A stretch of DNA of 64,000 nt from Utricularia gibba (taxonomy: Eukaryota > Plantae > Magnoliophyta), in NCBI GenBank assembly GCA_002189035.1, contig NEEC01000015.1, positions 1,798,001 through 1,862,000 of the forward strand, read 5' to 3'. Every line of letters begins with the position of its first letter. Position 1 is the first letter of the stretch. The translations under genes were made by a program, and so were the position numbers. This document shows positions 48,801 to 64,000 of the stretch, piece after piece. Under the pieces are notes generated by a model. That model saw nothing but the letters and a program-made list of their open reading frames with translations, ran no database searches and was not told the origin of the DNA.

Positions 48801-51565
48801 CTCCATGACTGCAATATAATCAGCATTTCTAATTAAACTCAATCGTCTTGCTATTATTATAGTTGACCTCCCGAGCATCAGGAGATCTAAAGCTGCCTGA
48901 ACACATCTTTCAGCTTCAAAATCAAGTCCACCAGTAACTTCATCTAGGAGAAGGATAGAAGGATTTGCTAAAACTGCTCTGGCAATTGAAAGTTTGATTT
49001 TTTGTTCTTCGGTCAATTCTAAACCAGCTCTGCCAACCTGTACGAAGCAGGCAGTTTATGCTACAGTTTGAACCACTGAAAAACAGACAAAGCAAGCAAG
49101 CAGAAAATTAATCACAAAAACCTGAGTATCATATCCTCTATCCAATGAACTGATAAAGGTATGTGCATGAGCTATTTTTGAGGCTTCTTCAATTTGATCG
49201 ATAGAAGCCTTTCGTCCATAAGCAATGTTGTCTTTGATACTCAAACTAAGCAAGGCAGGTTCCTGAGTAACCAACCCAATTTGGCTTCTCAGCCACTCAA
49301 CCTTCAGATTCTTAATGTTTTCACCATCCAAAAGTACTTCTCCTGCACGAAGAATTTTGGATGAGAATTGTTATGCTCTGCAACCCTAGATAATGGAACA
49401 TGTGAGCTTAACCGAACATTGATACCTAGGGTGGGATCATAAAACCGTTCCATGAGAGGTATAATGCTGCTTTTACCAGAACCATTTTTTCCAACGAGTG
49501 CCACAGCCTTTTTAGCAGGTACTGTGAGGTAAAACCCACTCAAGATAGGAATTTCAGGGCGAGATAAATAGCTAAAATATACATTACGAAACTCTATATT
49601 TCCCTGTAGAGAAGGCAGGGTAACCCCATCTTCATTAGAACTGGATGATGAGCGATTTATCATCTCAAAAAGTCTGTAGGCAGCAATTCTTCCTTGCTCA
49701 AAAGAGTAAAAGTTGGTAGCTGCTTGATTCAACCCACTGTCAAAACATAAGTTTCATCAGGTTGGAATCTCAATAAAAGTTGAAAATTTATTCAGACATT
49801 TCTTACAGGCCGCTCAAAATTACAGCAAACAAGGCAGCAACAATTTCTCCTCCATTAGCTCTTCCATGATGTACGAGCCTTGTTCCCACCCAAAGTTGCA
49901 AAGCACAAGAACAGATTGCCAGTCCATAAGTGAAACCAAGTCCAAGCCCTTGAACAAGACTTATCAATATACCATATCGAAGAGTAGCTTGAAGTGAAGT
50001 AGCATATGAATATTTTGCCAAGGTTTCATTGGTAAAGCTGTACAATGTTCGGACATAAGAAACTGCCTGCAAGATGCAAAAAGAACAGTCACCGATAGTC
50101 AAAATCATCAAACTGCCGCAATATCTAAAAATAATAAAAAGTAAACCTGCTCTGCTATACTAGCAGCTTCAGCATAAGCATCTTGGATGTTTTCTGCAAG
50201 TCTATGCAAAAAGATGTTGGAGATCCCTCCTGCAGCAACGATGAAAGGACCCGTTGCTAATGTTATTAGAGCAATCTCCCAACAGTTGATAAGTCCAATT
50301 GCAAGGCCACTGAAGAAAGTAGCCATGTTATGAATATAATTTCCCACCTGTCAGATGTAACATAAACTCAAAAGATAAGTGGCAAATTCCTGGTAAAAAT
50401 AGGCTTAAAGGCACTTGAAAAGGGAGATGGGATGATGGAGTACCTTCTCACTAAGAGCAGACTGAATCAGGAGAACATCGCTTAACACTTGACTCACAAT
50501 GTCTCCATTGTTCCCATAAGTATCAAAAAAACTCATATCTTGGTTAAGCAAAACTTGGACATATCTTGATCTTATCACGGCAGTCTGCCTTTCCCCAGTC
50601 ACAATCCAACAGGAAACCTCTATAGGAGGGACAAAGGGAAAAAAAATCAGATGATGATCCATAAAATAAGACGGGATTAAAAAGGAAACGGATTATATGT
50701 CTCGAAAAATTAAATGCCAGGAATTACCAATCCAAGCTGCAACAAAAACTCCTGCAGCAATATACACAATTATTGAAGTGAGCTGCAGAATCCAAAAATA
50801 GGTCAGCATTTACAATTATTCTTGACTTTTAGAAGTTAACACAGATTTAAACTTCATAAAAAACAACGCAGACACTAAACATTGCAAGAATGGCGACCTG
50901 AAAGATGCGCATATTGAACTTCAACATTGAAACAAGGGGCCAAATATACTAAACCAGTATAAAATCTAGCGTATCTGGAAATCAAATTTATTGAGGTTTT
51001 TCAGACTCTCAATTACTGCCTAAAGGTTCAACCATTAACCGCTGAGAATCCTGAAATAATTCCTTTAGATGCCTAAAGGTGTATTATCATGCTACAATAA
51101 CAGGCTACAAAGGGAGCAAACATAAAAACATTAATAGCAGAAAGCATGGCTTAACTCAGCCCACTGAAAACGCTGTACCTCGGTGAACCTTTGGAAGACG
51201 TCTTCACGGCTAAAATCTGCAGAGCTGTTGAAGTGCAGCAAATCTATGATTTTCGCAAAATAATGCAAGTACACAATGAGCGAAGTTCCATGGGCAGCAG
51301 CGGCTAGCGACCCAACTACCATGAGTACCCAATCCAACCAGTCAGCGCAGGCAAAGAGCCTGGAAAACGGTACAGCTGCCGGAGGAGGCTCCATTTCCTC
51401 AGCATCAGCATCGATCTCGTCTTCAACTTCAAGGGGCTCAGCATCCCCTGTCCCAGAATCCAAGTAAGGCGAGGGTGACTCCGGTGGCTCTGAAACTTCC
51501 GAAACCGGCGTTAACGGCTGTATATGCGGTGGAGACCAACCAAACAAACCCCTAGATATCATCAT
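45854..51565 (-). CDS. ABCB20: Full-size ABCB (MDR/PGP) transporter, ABCB6/ABCB20 type; one -1 frameshift at 48155-48159
   Basis: Diagnostic N-terminus MMISRGLFGWSPPHIQPLTPVSEVSEPPESPSPY. Two TMD-NBD halves with Walker A GKNGSGKS and GVSGSGKS and Walker B ILLLDE. The second NBD signature reads LTPGQKQR. ABCB6 versus ABCB20 cannot be resolved by eye. Confidence 0.93.
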
Positions 51566-52590
51566 CTTCCACTATTTCCTCAAGTATCCAGACCCAGAAA
51601 CGAAAACCAATTCAACGAAGGTGTAGTCTCCTAGAGGCTAGAACCGACCCATCATACCTCCCACTTCCTTCACATGAACTGAAAAGGGAAACCGGATCGG
51701 ATCCAAAAAAGGTAGCCCAAATTAAGAAACCGCCGCTAACTGGCGAATACTGCCGCTTCAGGCGACAAAAGCGAAGCCGTTTGGAAAGGTGGACGCTTCC
51801 TTCTAGAATAAGAAGACTGAAGACTAGCCCTCCTTACCCTCCCCCACACTTAACAAAGCGCCAAGACAACGGTCGCCACAGCCAGAAGCTTGAAACAACT
51901 TTGAAAATTAAAGTTCAAGTGCAAAAGGCAGAACAATTACAAAAGTAAAAGCAACAAAGAAGGGATCCGTGAAGCGATTGCACACACAGCTCAGAGCCAC
52001 AGCTGTTCCCGCTGTCCCCCTTCCCCTTCCTTTCTCAATCCTGATACTAAACGCACAATACGGCCAGCCTGAAATCCCAATTTTCAGAAACCGTCCAACA
52101 ACCCCGACAGCGAATATGAAATGAGCTCAATTTTGCACAGCCATGGCAGTGTGTGTACTGTACGTCATGAGCGGTCCGCATTTATAATTAACGAAAGTTT
52201 TTAGGCCATTAATGAAATAATGGTGAAGATGAAACAGGTGCAAATTTGTCATTTCATGTTGGCAGTACCTAATTTCGTTGATTTGTTCGATGATTTTGTC
52301 TGACCCAATCAACTCTGCCCTTGGGCCCAAAAAGGTACTTTCACACCGCGATGAATCTCGCTGTCATGCACCCCAACACTAAAATATTTTTTAATTTTTT
52401 TTTAAGTGTGTAAATAGTAGAATTCATATATTTTTAAAAAATTACATACAAAATATAATAAATGGAAATATAAAAATTCTTCATAAAACGATCAATCTTA
52501 TTGGTAGGCTACCTTCCTAAAGACCAGCACTACGTTTTCTTTATTATGAGAATCTGGAAACATGGCCATTGTTTTGATCATCTCAGCTTC

Positions 52591-53886
<1,296 letters not shown>

Positions 53887-54620
53887 CTAAATTCTTCTGC
53901 ATCCAACAAAAAAAAAAAAAACCATACAACCGGGTTGCAGGGGAACTCTGTTTTGGATTCAGATTCAAAAAAGATTACCCACCTACCTACCTTGAGCGGA
54001 AGACTGGAACCTTTGGCGTGTATACGGATGAAATGAAGCACTGGAGATGCGTATAAAAGCGACGGGGAAGAGAAACGGGAGGAGCGTACGCCGGCCGATC
54101 TTTATGCTTCTTCTCTCGTTACCACACCTATTCTTGGATTTGGTTCATCTCTTTTCTTTCTATTTTGCATGCTTCGTCCCTGCCATCTCGATTCCTTTCT
54201 ATTCTTTTACCCATTAAGAGTATTTTTCAAGTCTTTTTTTTTTAATTTTGCATTTTTACCTGCTTTAACCGTATGCTCAACGCACGGTAACAATCAGACC
54301 TAGCGATGGGATAAAAAAGGGCGATAAACGTGCGTTTGGGCAGAGACAAAGTGGCTTGGGTTTATGTTGTTTAGATTAGCACCCAATAGTTCTCCAACTC
54401 CTGAATCGAGATGCAAGAACCAACAATGTGTGTGGGGATGGGGTCCACGTGTAAGGACAACAAGAGGATCCATTTGTCAGGTCCATTTTTTAATTCTTTT
54501 TCCTGGAAAATGGGCCAACGCAGAACTGTCCGTCAGCGGGTTGGTTCCAAGAAGGTAAAATAAATGGGTTGATTCTCCGTCTCGAGGGATCAACAACAAG
54601 AGGGAGCTCGCGGTGGTTCG

Positions 54621-56739
<2,119 letters not shown>

Positions 56740-57029
56740 CGGATTCCGTTCACCGCCCGCGAATTCTAGGGATCGACTCTCTACCAGAAGACTGGAACTC
56801 CGGCTGCGGCGGCGTTCTTCTGCTGAGGGGCCGAGGGCAGTGCTGCGATTATGTTCAAAAGGAAACGGAAAAATTGCACACGAGAAATATGGACTTTGAA
56901 TCATAAAAGCAAAGGATAATTACGTCATTTCTTACCCTCGTCAATGCGTCGCAATAGGTTAACCAGTGTGCAAATTGCAGATTTTCAAATCATTTTCATT
57001 TTCAGAATAAATAGGTATACCCAGGAAGC

Positions 57030-57109
57030 AGCCCAAATCACTGATGATAATGGGCTTTAGAACCCCAAGGTATTTATTCATGGGCTTGGATAACGGAAGA
57101 ATAGGCCCA
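57030..57109. promoter_or_regulatory. Four site II (TGGGCY) motifs in the divergent SCS-alpha/SPATA20 intergenic region
   Basis: AGCCCA at 57030, TGGGCT at 57051, TGGGCT at 57081, GGCCCA at 57104. Confidence 0.55.
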
Positions 57110-57404
57110 ATTAGCGAAGTATAATATCAGGCCCCCAAACGCCGGAATCCCATTTTTCTTAGACGTGTTCTCTTCACCATCTTCGATATCACCGAGTTCT
57201 CATCTCACCGCACCAGCTTCAAACCGGTGGTGAGGGTCAGCTACTCTTTCATTTTCTTTTTCTGAAAGATTATATGGAATCGGATTCAGTGTACGTAAGT
57301 TCTGAAATGGGAGGTTGGCATGAATCAATGAGTGCTATGTGCTTTTTTTTTTCAACAGAAGGTGGATGAAAAATTTCACATCTTTTTGGGAAGTACAATT
57401 TAAT

Positions 57405-60400
57405 ATGCTAAGAAGGCCTCTCCTTGTTTCTTCTTCACGCCACTTCATTTCTCAGCGAGTTTCGTATCATAAGTCTGCGAGAATTTTGAGGTTAAGAGAT
57501 TCTCTGGGGTTGCGGTGTTCGATCCTGCTTAGACGCTCATTAGAGACCTCGAGGATCTTGGCGATGGCCGATGAGAGAAAGACGTCATCTTCTGCGGAAA
57601 AGTATACCAATCGACTTGCGGCGGAGCACAGCCCTTACCTTCTTCAGCACGCCCACAATCCTGTGTGATTTCTCGCTTCATTGAGTAGTCTTGCAGTGGC
57701 AAGCTTATTCGTTCGCTATGAATTTTTGTTGTTTTTACAGGTTGACTGGTACCCTTGGGGGGAGGAGGCTTTCTCTGAAGCTCGTAAAAGGGATGTTCCA
57801 ATCTTTTTATCAAGTACGGCATTTTTTCAATCTACTAAGTAGGAGAGCCGATCCCATGTTCCGTTTAGTTTCCACTTTTTCCGGAATTTTCTAATACGTC
57901 TCATGCGTCTTTTTAATATGTTTCACGGTGCTGAGATGATCTTGATTTTGAAGTTGGCTACAGCACGTGTCATTGGTATGGTTCTTGATGGGTCTTTTTC
58001 TTATTCTTTTTTTGCTTTCTTATGAAATGGCATTAGTAACGGGAAGCTATTAAGGTGTCATGTGATGGAAGTGGAATCATTCGAGAATGCTGATGTAGCA
58101 AAATTACTCAATGATTGGTTTGTCAGTGTTAAGGTGATCTTCTCAAATTATTTCTTTCCACTTTTCATGTTGGAAAAATGGTTGTTAAATGTGCAAGTTA
58201 ACAGGTGGACAGGGAAGAAAGGCCAGATGTTGATAAGGTCTAAACCCTTTCTTTCTTGGTGTCTTAGTTCAACTGCGTGTTTATTTTTCCAAAGAATCAA
58301 AGATAATGGTACTCCCTGTTGCTTCTACAAGGTGTACATGACTTATGTGCAAGCCCTGTATGGTGGGGGCGGGTGGCCTCTAAGCGTTTTCCTGTCACCT
58401 GACCTGAAGCCTTTAATGGGTGGGACTTACTTCCCACCAGATGACAGATATGGCCGTCCAGGCTTTAAAACTATACTTAGGTGAGGACAACATCTGAGCT
58501 CAGATCAACGGTTGGTTTCTCAGTTGGTTGACTTCTAGTATGTACTGTTCCTCCTCATATCAGGAAGGTGAAAGAAGCTTGGGAGAGTAAGAAAGATGCA
58601 TTGATTGAAAGTGGATCATTTGTAATGGAACAGCTTTCACAAGCATTGTCTGCTGTTGCAAAATCAGAAAAGCTTCCAGCAGAAATTCCCGAAGCAGCAT
58701 TGCAGAAATGTGCTGAACAGGTGAATTACATTTGCTGCTTTAATGATTCGCTTATCTCTGGTATTTATTGTTTATACACTCTAATCAAATTCCAGAAACT
58801 GTTACCGATAGATGACTTTTTGTATTGTTGCTCTGCCACTTCCAACCCTCAAGAAAAAAAAAAAAAAAGCTAACTGTATTGGGCGCTACCCTAGGACTTG
58901 ACCTTTTGTTGTATATTCTCATAGCTGGCAAGTAGTTATGATTCAAAGTACGGAGGATTTGGTTCTGCTCCCAAATTCCCAAGGCCAGTTGAAATTCAGC
59001 TGATGTTGTATCATGCAATGAAGTTGAGGAATAAGGGGATGCCAAATGAAGCAAATGAAGACATAAATAAGGTTGCATGGACCTTGCAAGGCATGGAAAG
59101 AGGTGGTATTCACGATCACATTGGAGGAGGTTTTCACAGATATAGTGTTGATGAATGCTGGCACGGTAAGTTTGTAAACAGAACACTTATGGTGGTGTAA
59201 CAATGAAAACTTCACGGATTTCAAGTAAAAAGTTGACACTTGGCTTTCCTTTTTTTCCCCTTCAGTGCCACACTTTGAGAAGATGTTATATGATCAAGGG
59301 CAACTTGCTAATGTTTACCTTGACATGTTTTCCATCACAAGCGATGTGGTGTATTCAAATGCTGCTCGTGATATTCTTGATTATTTGATGAGAGAAATGA
59401 TTGGCCCAAATGGTGAGATATTTTCTGCTGAGGATGCTGACAGTGCAGAATTTGAAGGTGCCCAACAGAAAAAAGAGGGCGCCTTCTACATTTGGACAAG
59501 CAAGGAGGTATATCATTGATCACCCCGAATGGTTTAATGAAATACTGACCTTTTCTAGCATTACTTTTGCTGTCTACATTATGTTAATGTGATTTGATAG
59601 GCTGACGACATACTTGGAGTGCATGCCCCTCAGTTTAAAGAGCATTATTATGTTAAGCCATCTGGAAACTGTGACCTCTCGAGCATGAGTGACCCCCACA
59701 ACGAATTCAAGGGGAAAAATGTGCTTATAACAAGAAATAGCACTGAAGCACTAGCAAAAAAAATTGATATGTCATTGCAGGAGTACCTCAATGTCTTAGG
59801 AAATTCTCGAAGAAAGCTCTTTGATGTGCGGTTGAAGCGCCCACGCCCACATTTGGATGATAAGGTAGCATACCAGTCTTCTGAATGCTCTTTTCTGCCA
59901 ACGGTAGTGACAAAGAATGCAGCACACATTTCTTTGTTATGCGTGTCCCTAGGTCATTGTATCCTGGAATGGACTTGCAATATCTTCCTTTGCAAGAGCC
60001 TCGAAGCTTTTGATGGGTGAGCCAGAAGGGACAGAATTTCACTTCCCTGTTGTCGGTACTGATGTATGATTTCGTCCACTATCAGTGTTCAATCTATTCA
60101 GTATTCAAGCATTCCGGTTTCTTGCTTTTTGATCTCATGCTCCAACTTATAATGCACTGATCTAGTGGCATGCTTCTAACAGCCGAAAAAATACATGGAA
60201 GTTGCAGAGAAGGCTGCAGCTTTCATTCAGAAGCATCTTTATAACCAAGAGACACAAAGATTGCAGCACAGTTTTAGGAATGGTCCCTCTAAAGCACCAG
60301 GCTTTTTAGATGATTATGCTTTTCTGATATCTGGGCTTCTTGACCTGTATGAATTTGGAAGCTCCATATTTTGGCTAGCATGGGCGGTGGAATTGCAGCG

Positions 60401-61186
60401 TGTGCAGGTATATGAGCTAACCTACCGTTGATCCATGCCATATTTCCTCATTTGCGTTAGCTGCATATTTTCAGGATGCGCTTTTCCTTGACACGGAAGG
60501 GGGAGGATATTTTAATACGCCTGGTAATGATCCTTCAGTTCTCCTCCAAGTAAAAGAAGACTATGACGGTGCAGAACCGTCTGGGAATTCAGTCTCAGTG
60601 ATCAATCTCGTGAGATTGTCTTCATTAATTTCTTCATCATCGGATCACTACCGGAAAAATGCCGAGCATCTACTGGTACGTTCTTCGTCTTTTACCCACG
60701 CGCACATCAGGAGACACTCTCGATTACATAGATTCCCTCCTGACAGGCCCTCTTCGAGACGCGGCTGAGAGATGTAGCAATGGCCGTACCACTAATGTGC
60801 TGTGCTGCTGATATGCTCGCCGTTCCTTCACGCAAGCAAGTGGTGGTTGTGGGAAGCAGGCTCTCCCCACACTTCAGCACGATGTTAACTGCTGCTCATT
60901 CATCATACGATCAGAACAGAACGGTACTCTCAGACAACCACCTGCGCTAGCTCGTTCATCCGGATTCTGTCAATCCTTGTCCTTTCTCTGTCTTCAGGTG
61001 ATTCACATCGACCCCAGTGATGTGGAAGAAATGGGATTCTGGGAGGAAAACAATGAGAAGATAGCTGCCATGGCGAAGAAAAGCTATTCTCCGGAGAGAG
61101 TAGTTGCTCTTGTTTGCCAGAACTTCACTTGCAGACCTCCTGTATATGATCCTCACGCTCTCAAGTCACTTCTATCCTCCTCATAA
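57405..61186 (+). CDS. SPATA20/YyaL-like protein (thioredoxin-fold DUF255 plus six-hairpin glycosidase-like domain), multi-exon
   Basis: [127 protein letters not shown]. Confidence 0.93.
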
Positions 61187-61463
61187 GGCTGAACAATGTA
61201 AATTGGATTAATTTTTCTGTGTGGGAATTATTTTCTTTTTTATTAATGAAAAATAAGTTGGCTAAACGCTATTTTGATCCGTCGCCGCCTCTCTCCGGTC
61301 GAACGGCATCCCGAGTCGTTAATGGGCTGGGCCCACGATATTTTGTTCCTGAGCCACTGAGGATCCTGCCGGTGGCCGAGCCCATTTACTCCTTGTTTTA
61401 AGGATAAATTGGCTATCTGTACATGATCCACCGGCATGCTTCTTTGTTCCAGAGTTTTCATCG

Positions 61464-62942
61464 ATGGCGCTTCTCAGGGTCTGTCTTACTTCCGCACTTC
61501 CTCCCCCTCCAGGTCCGGGTAAAATGCTTCGTATTGAACGAAGTTGTTCGCTTTTGTCTCCACCAGTTATCGCGCGGGTAAATTCTACTCCGCCGTTTGA
61601 CAGAGTTTTCTCCTTTTCCATCTTACAACATGGTGGGATATGCCTTTTTGTTTCACTTTACAGAGTGAACAAGGTGGAAGCACCTTATCTGGGCTATGTG
61701 AATCCGTCACCAAAGCAAGTGTTCTTGCTCTTTTATCTGCTTCACTCGTGTTCGTCTCCTCTCCTGCTTTTGCATTTAAGGTATTTGATTACGGTTTCTC
61801 TTCCATTCCCGAATTCCTATTAAGAATACCACTCGTGTTACTATTGGTGTTGATTAGTTTTGCTGAATGGCTGTAATCCCAAAAGGGAGGAGGTCCCTAT
61901 GGAATGGAAGTTACGCGCGGGCAGGATCTTTCTGGCAAAGATTTTAGTGGGAAATCTTTAATCAAGCAAGATTTCAAGACGGTGGGCATTTTCTTTTGTA
62001 TGATCATCCCGTGGTTTTTATGATACGCTGTTTTCATATTGTTTTCTTCCCTGTAAGATAATGGTATCGAAACTTTTTACATTTTCTCTACATGCAGTCA
62101 ATACTGAGGCAAGCCAATTTCAAAAATGCAAAATTATTAGGGGCGAGCTTCTTCGATGCAGATTTAACAGGTAGTCTCAGGACTGCATATCTAGAACGTG
62201 CTTGTTTTTATCTGGAGGTGGTGTTCATTTGATTCTTGTTGTATAACCAGGAGCAGACCTTTCTGATGCTGATCTAAGAGGTGCTGACTTTCTTTGGCAA
62301 ATGTTACTAAGGTGTGTTCTCATTTGTCTGCTGCAGCTCTCGTGTACCTTGCCTGCGCTTCTGCACAGTTGCCGTGTCTCACATTGATCTCAAAGCCACA
62401 CTGCAACTGAATCGAACATTTTATTGTCATGTGCCAATTGGTTTTCTGAAATGTTGTTAGTAGGCGAACCTGAGCAATGCTAATTTGGAGGGAGCACTTG
62501 CGACGGGGAATACATCATTCAGGGGCTCAAATATCACCGGTGCAGGTATGTGAAATAGACTATTAATGGCGTGCAACCAATTTGCAACAAGCTAGTGTCT
62601 CGGTCTCTAATGCAAGAAAATTTGCTCAGATTTCACAGATGTTCCATTGAGGGATGACCAACGTGAGTACCTCTGTAAGGTTGCAGACGGGTAAGAAACG
62701 CCAAATATTGAGATTCAAACTTGAAACTAAAACTTGGAACACTATGTCCAACGAGGAACAAATGCATGCATGCTTTCTTCTAGCTGCTGATTTGCTCTGG
62801 TGTTGGTTTTTTTTTTTTTTTTCTAATGCAGCTTATTGTAAAACCATTGAAATTGATTCCTCTCATGTGTTGTGTTCTGGTGATTTGCAGAGTGAACCCT
62901 GTGACAGGAAATGAAACCAGGGAAACGCTGCTCTGCAAGTGA
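61464..62942 (+). CDS. Thylakoid lumenal 15 kDa pentapeptide-repeat protein (TL15); one -1 frameshift at 62289-62291
   Basis: Bipartite transit peptide ending SSPAFA-FK, then GGGPYGMEVTRGQDLSGKDFSG. Pentapeptide repeats ANFKN/AKLLG/ASFFD/ADLTG/ADLSD/ADLRG; C-terminus LCKVADGVNPVTGNETRETLLCK*. Confidence 0.92.
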
Positions 62943-63290
62943 GTCACTGCACATACAGGCCTTCTCTTGTGTTGTTTGCTGATATCAATTTACAAGCTGT
63001 TGTTCGAAACATCGAGTGATGTTTTGTGAAATCAAATTGCCACAGTCGTTGAAATACATAGAACATCACTTCTCTCATTCGGATTTCATTACAATGTTCA
63101 AACCACACCTTACATCGCATGATCACATACATGCTTGTGCTCATCCAATGAGAGGAACCCGGCGTGTTTTAGGCGCACCATACATGGCACTCGCCTTGCT
63201 TTGTAGTGTCTCCTTTTCGTGGACCAGGAACTGAATAGTTTCTCGATAATGAGATTCAAGGATCAAATTCATAGCCAAGTTAATGATTCA

Positions 63291-63875
63291 TCACTTTGGC
63301 ACTACGGTCATCTTGCGGCGAGTTTCCATCCTGGGAAGTAGCAGCGGGATGTTTGTCAACATCCATGTGCGTCCCCCTATTTCTAACTGACACTGCATTT
63401 CAACAGAATCCTCCGCATTGGTTGCTTCCCCTGAAAGAGCTTCATTTATCAGTTGCTCTTGCGTTGTGTTCATTGCATCAATTTGCCCAGAACTCTCAGA
63501 AGTTGAGCCCGCGGCCTGAGGTTCATCAACATTAGACTCCATGGTAATTTGATGGTTGTTTTCCAGGAGTTCATCTTCAGGTGCTTGGACTGTGACATCA
63601 GCAACAGCATTCGTTTCCTTTTCAATATGCTGTCTATGTTCATCTATAACATTCTTGAGCCTTTCAAACTCCAGTACCATGTTGCCGTAGCGCTTTTGCA
63701 AATTGCCCTCGAGCTCCTTTTGTTTCTGAACCTCTTCCCATAGGTTGCTGATCCTATGCCGCGCAGCTAATTGCTCTTGCCTCTGCAGAGCTTGGAAGCA
63801 CTCAAGCTCTGTTCCAGCAATGTCCATTTGTTTAAAGGTGCCCTCAATCTGTGCCCATAGTTTTCCAGCTCGTAC
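63291..63875 (-). CDS. CDC5: CDC5-like (MYB-related spliceosome/NTC component), last exon; rest of the gene lies beyond the window
   Basis: VRAGKLWAQIEGTFKQMDIAGTELECFQALQRQEQLAARHRISNLWEEVQKQKELEGNLQKRYG matches the plant CDC5 C-terminal coiled coil. Acceptor CTAG at 63876-63879. Confidence 0.82.
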   Translation of the reverse strand, partial: VRAGKLWAQIEGTFKQMDIAGTELECFQALQRQEQLAARHRISNLWEEVQKQKELEGNLQKRYGNMVLEFERLKNVIDEHRQHIEKETNAVADVTVQAPEDELLENNHQITMESNVDEPQAAGSTSESSGQIDAMNTTQEQLINEALSGEATNAEDSVEMQCQLEIGGRTWMLTNIPLLLPRMETRRKMTVVPK

Positions 63876-64000
63876 CTAGAAATTCAAGACGCCCATTCAT
63901 TAGCATCACGTAGCTAATATGAAGCAGCATGTCCCAATCTGAAAAACAACAACGCAAGCCCCAGAAAGTGGTGATGACCAGGGCAAAACAAAACGAGCAT

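Overview
This is a gene-dense flowering-plant genomic window with about 17 host protein-coding genes, most of them intron-split. In order they are: SEND1/GEN-like nuclease (3' part), plastidic sugar transporter, PLS-E PPR, three unrelated R2R3-MYBs, P-class PPR, LSI2-like anion/silicon transporter, SCL8-like GRAS, MLH3, mitochondrial RPL11, RRP44A/DIS3, ABCB6/20, actin, succinyl-CoA ligase alpha, SPATA20-like, thylakoid TL15 and the CDC5 3' end. One complete 5.1 kb Mutator-like transposon (11301-16402) has a perfect 10-bp target-site duplication, about 82-bp TIRs and a transposase broken by a single TAG. I see no convincing new multi-gene system. The most unusual locus is the first MYB: it has CTG exactly where the canonical ATG should be, and its only in-frame upstream ATG lies inside one arm of a perfect 22-bp inverted repeat whose other arm starts a mirror-image antisense ORF. 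Caveat: at least 11 single-base (-1) frameshifts occur at homopolymer runs in 6 conserved genes. This points to long-read consensus errors, so apparent pseudogenes and single-base oddities here need read-level confirmation. All gene names come from recognising motifs by eye, not from database searches.
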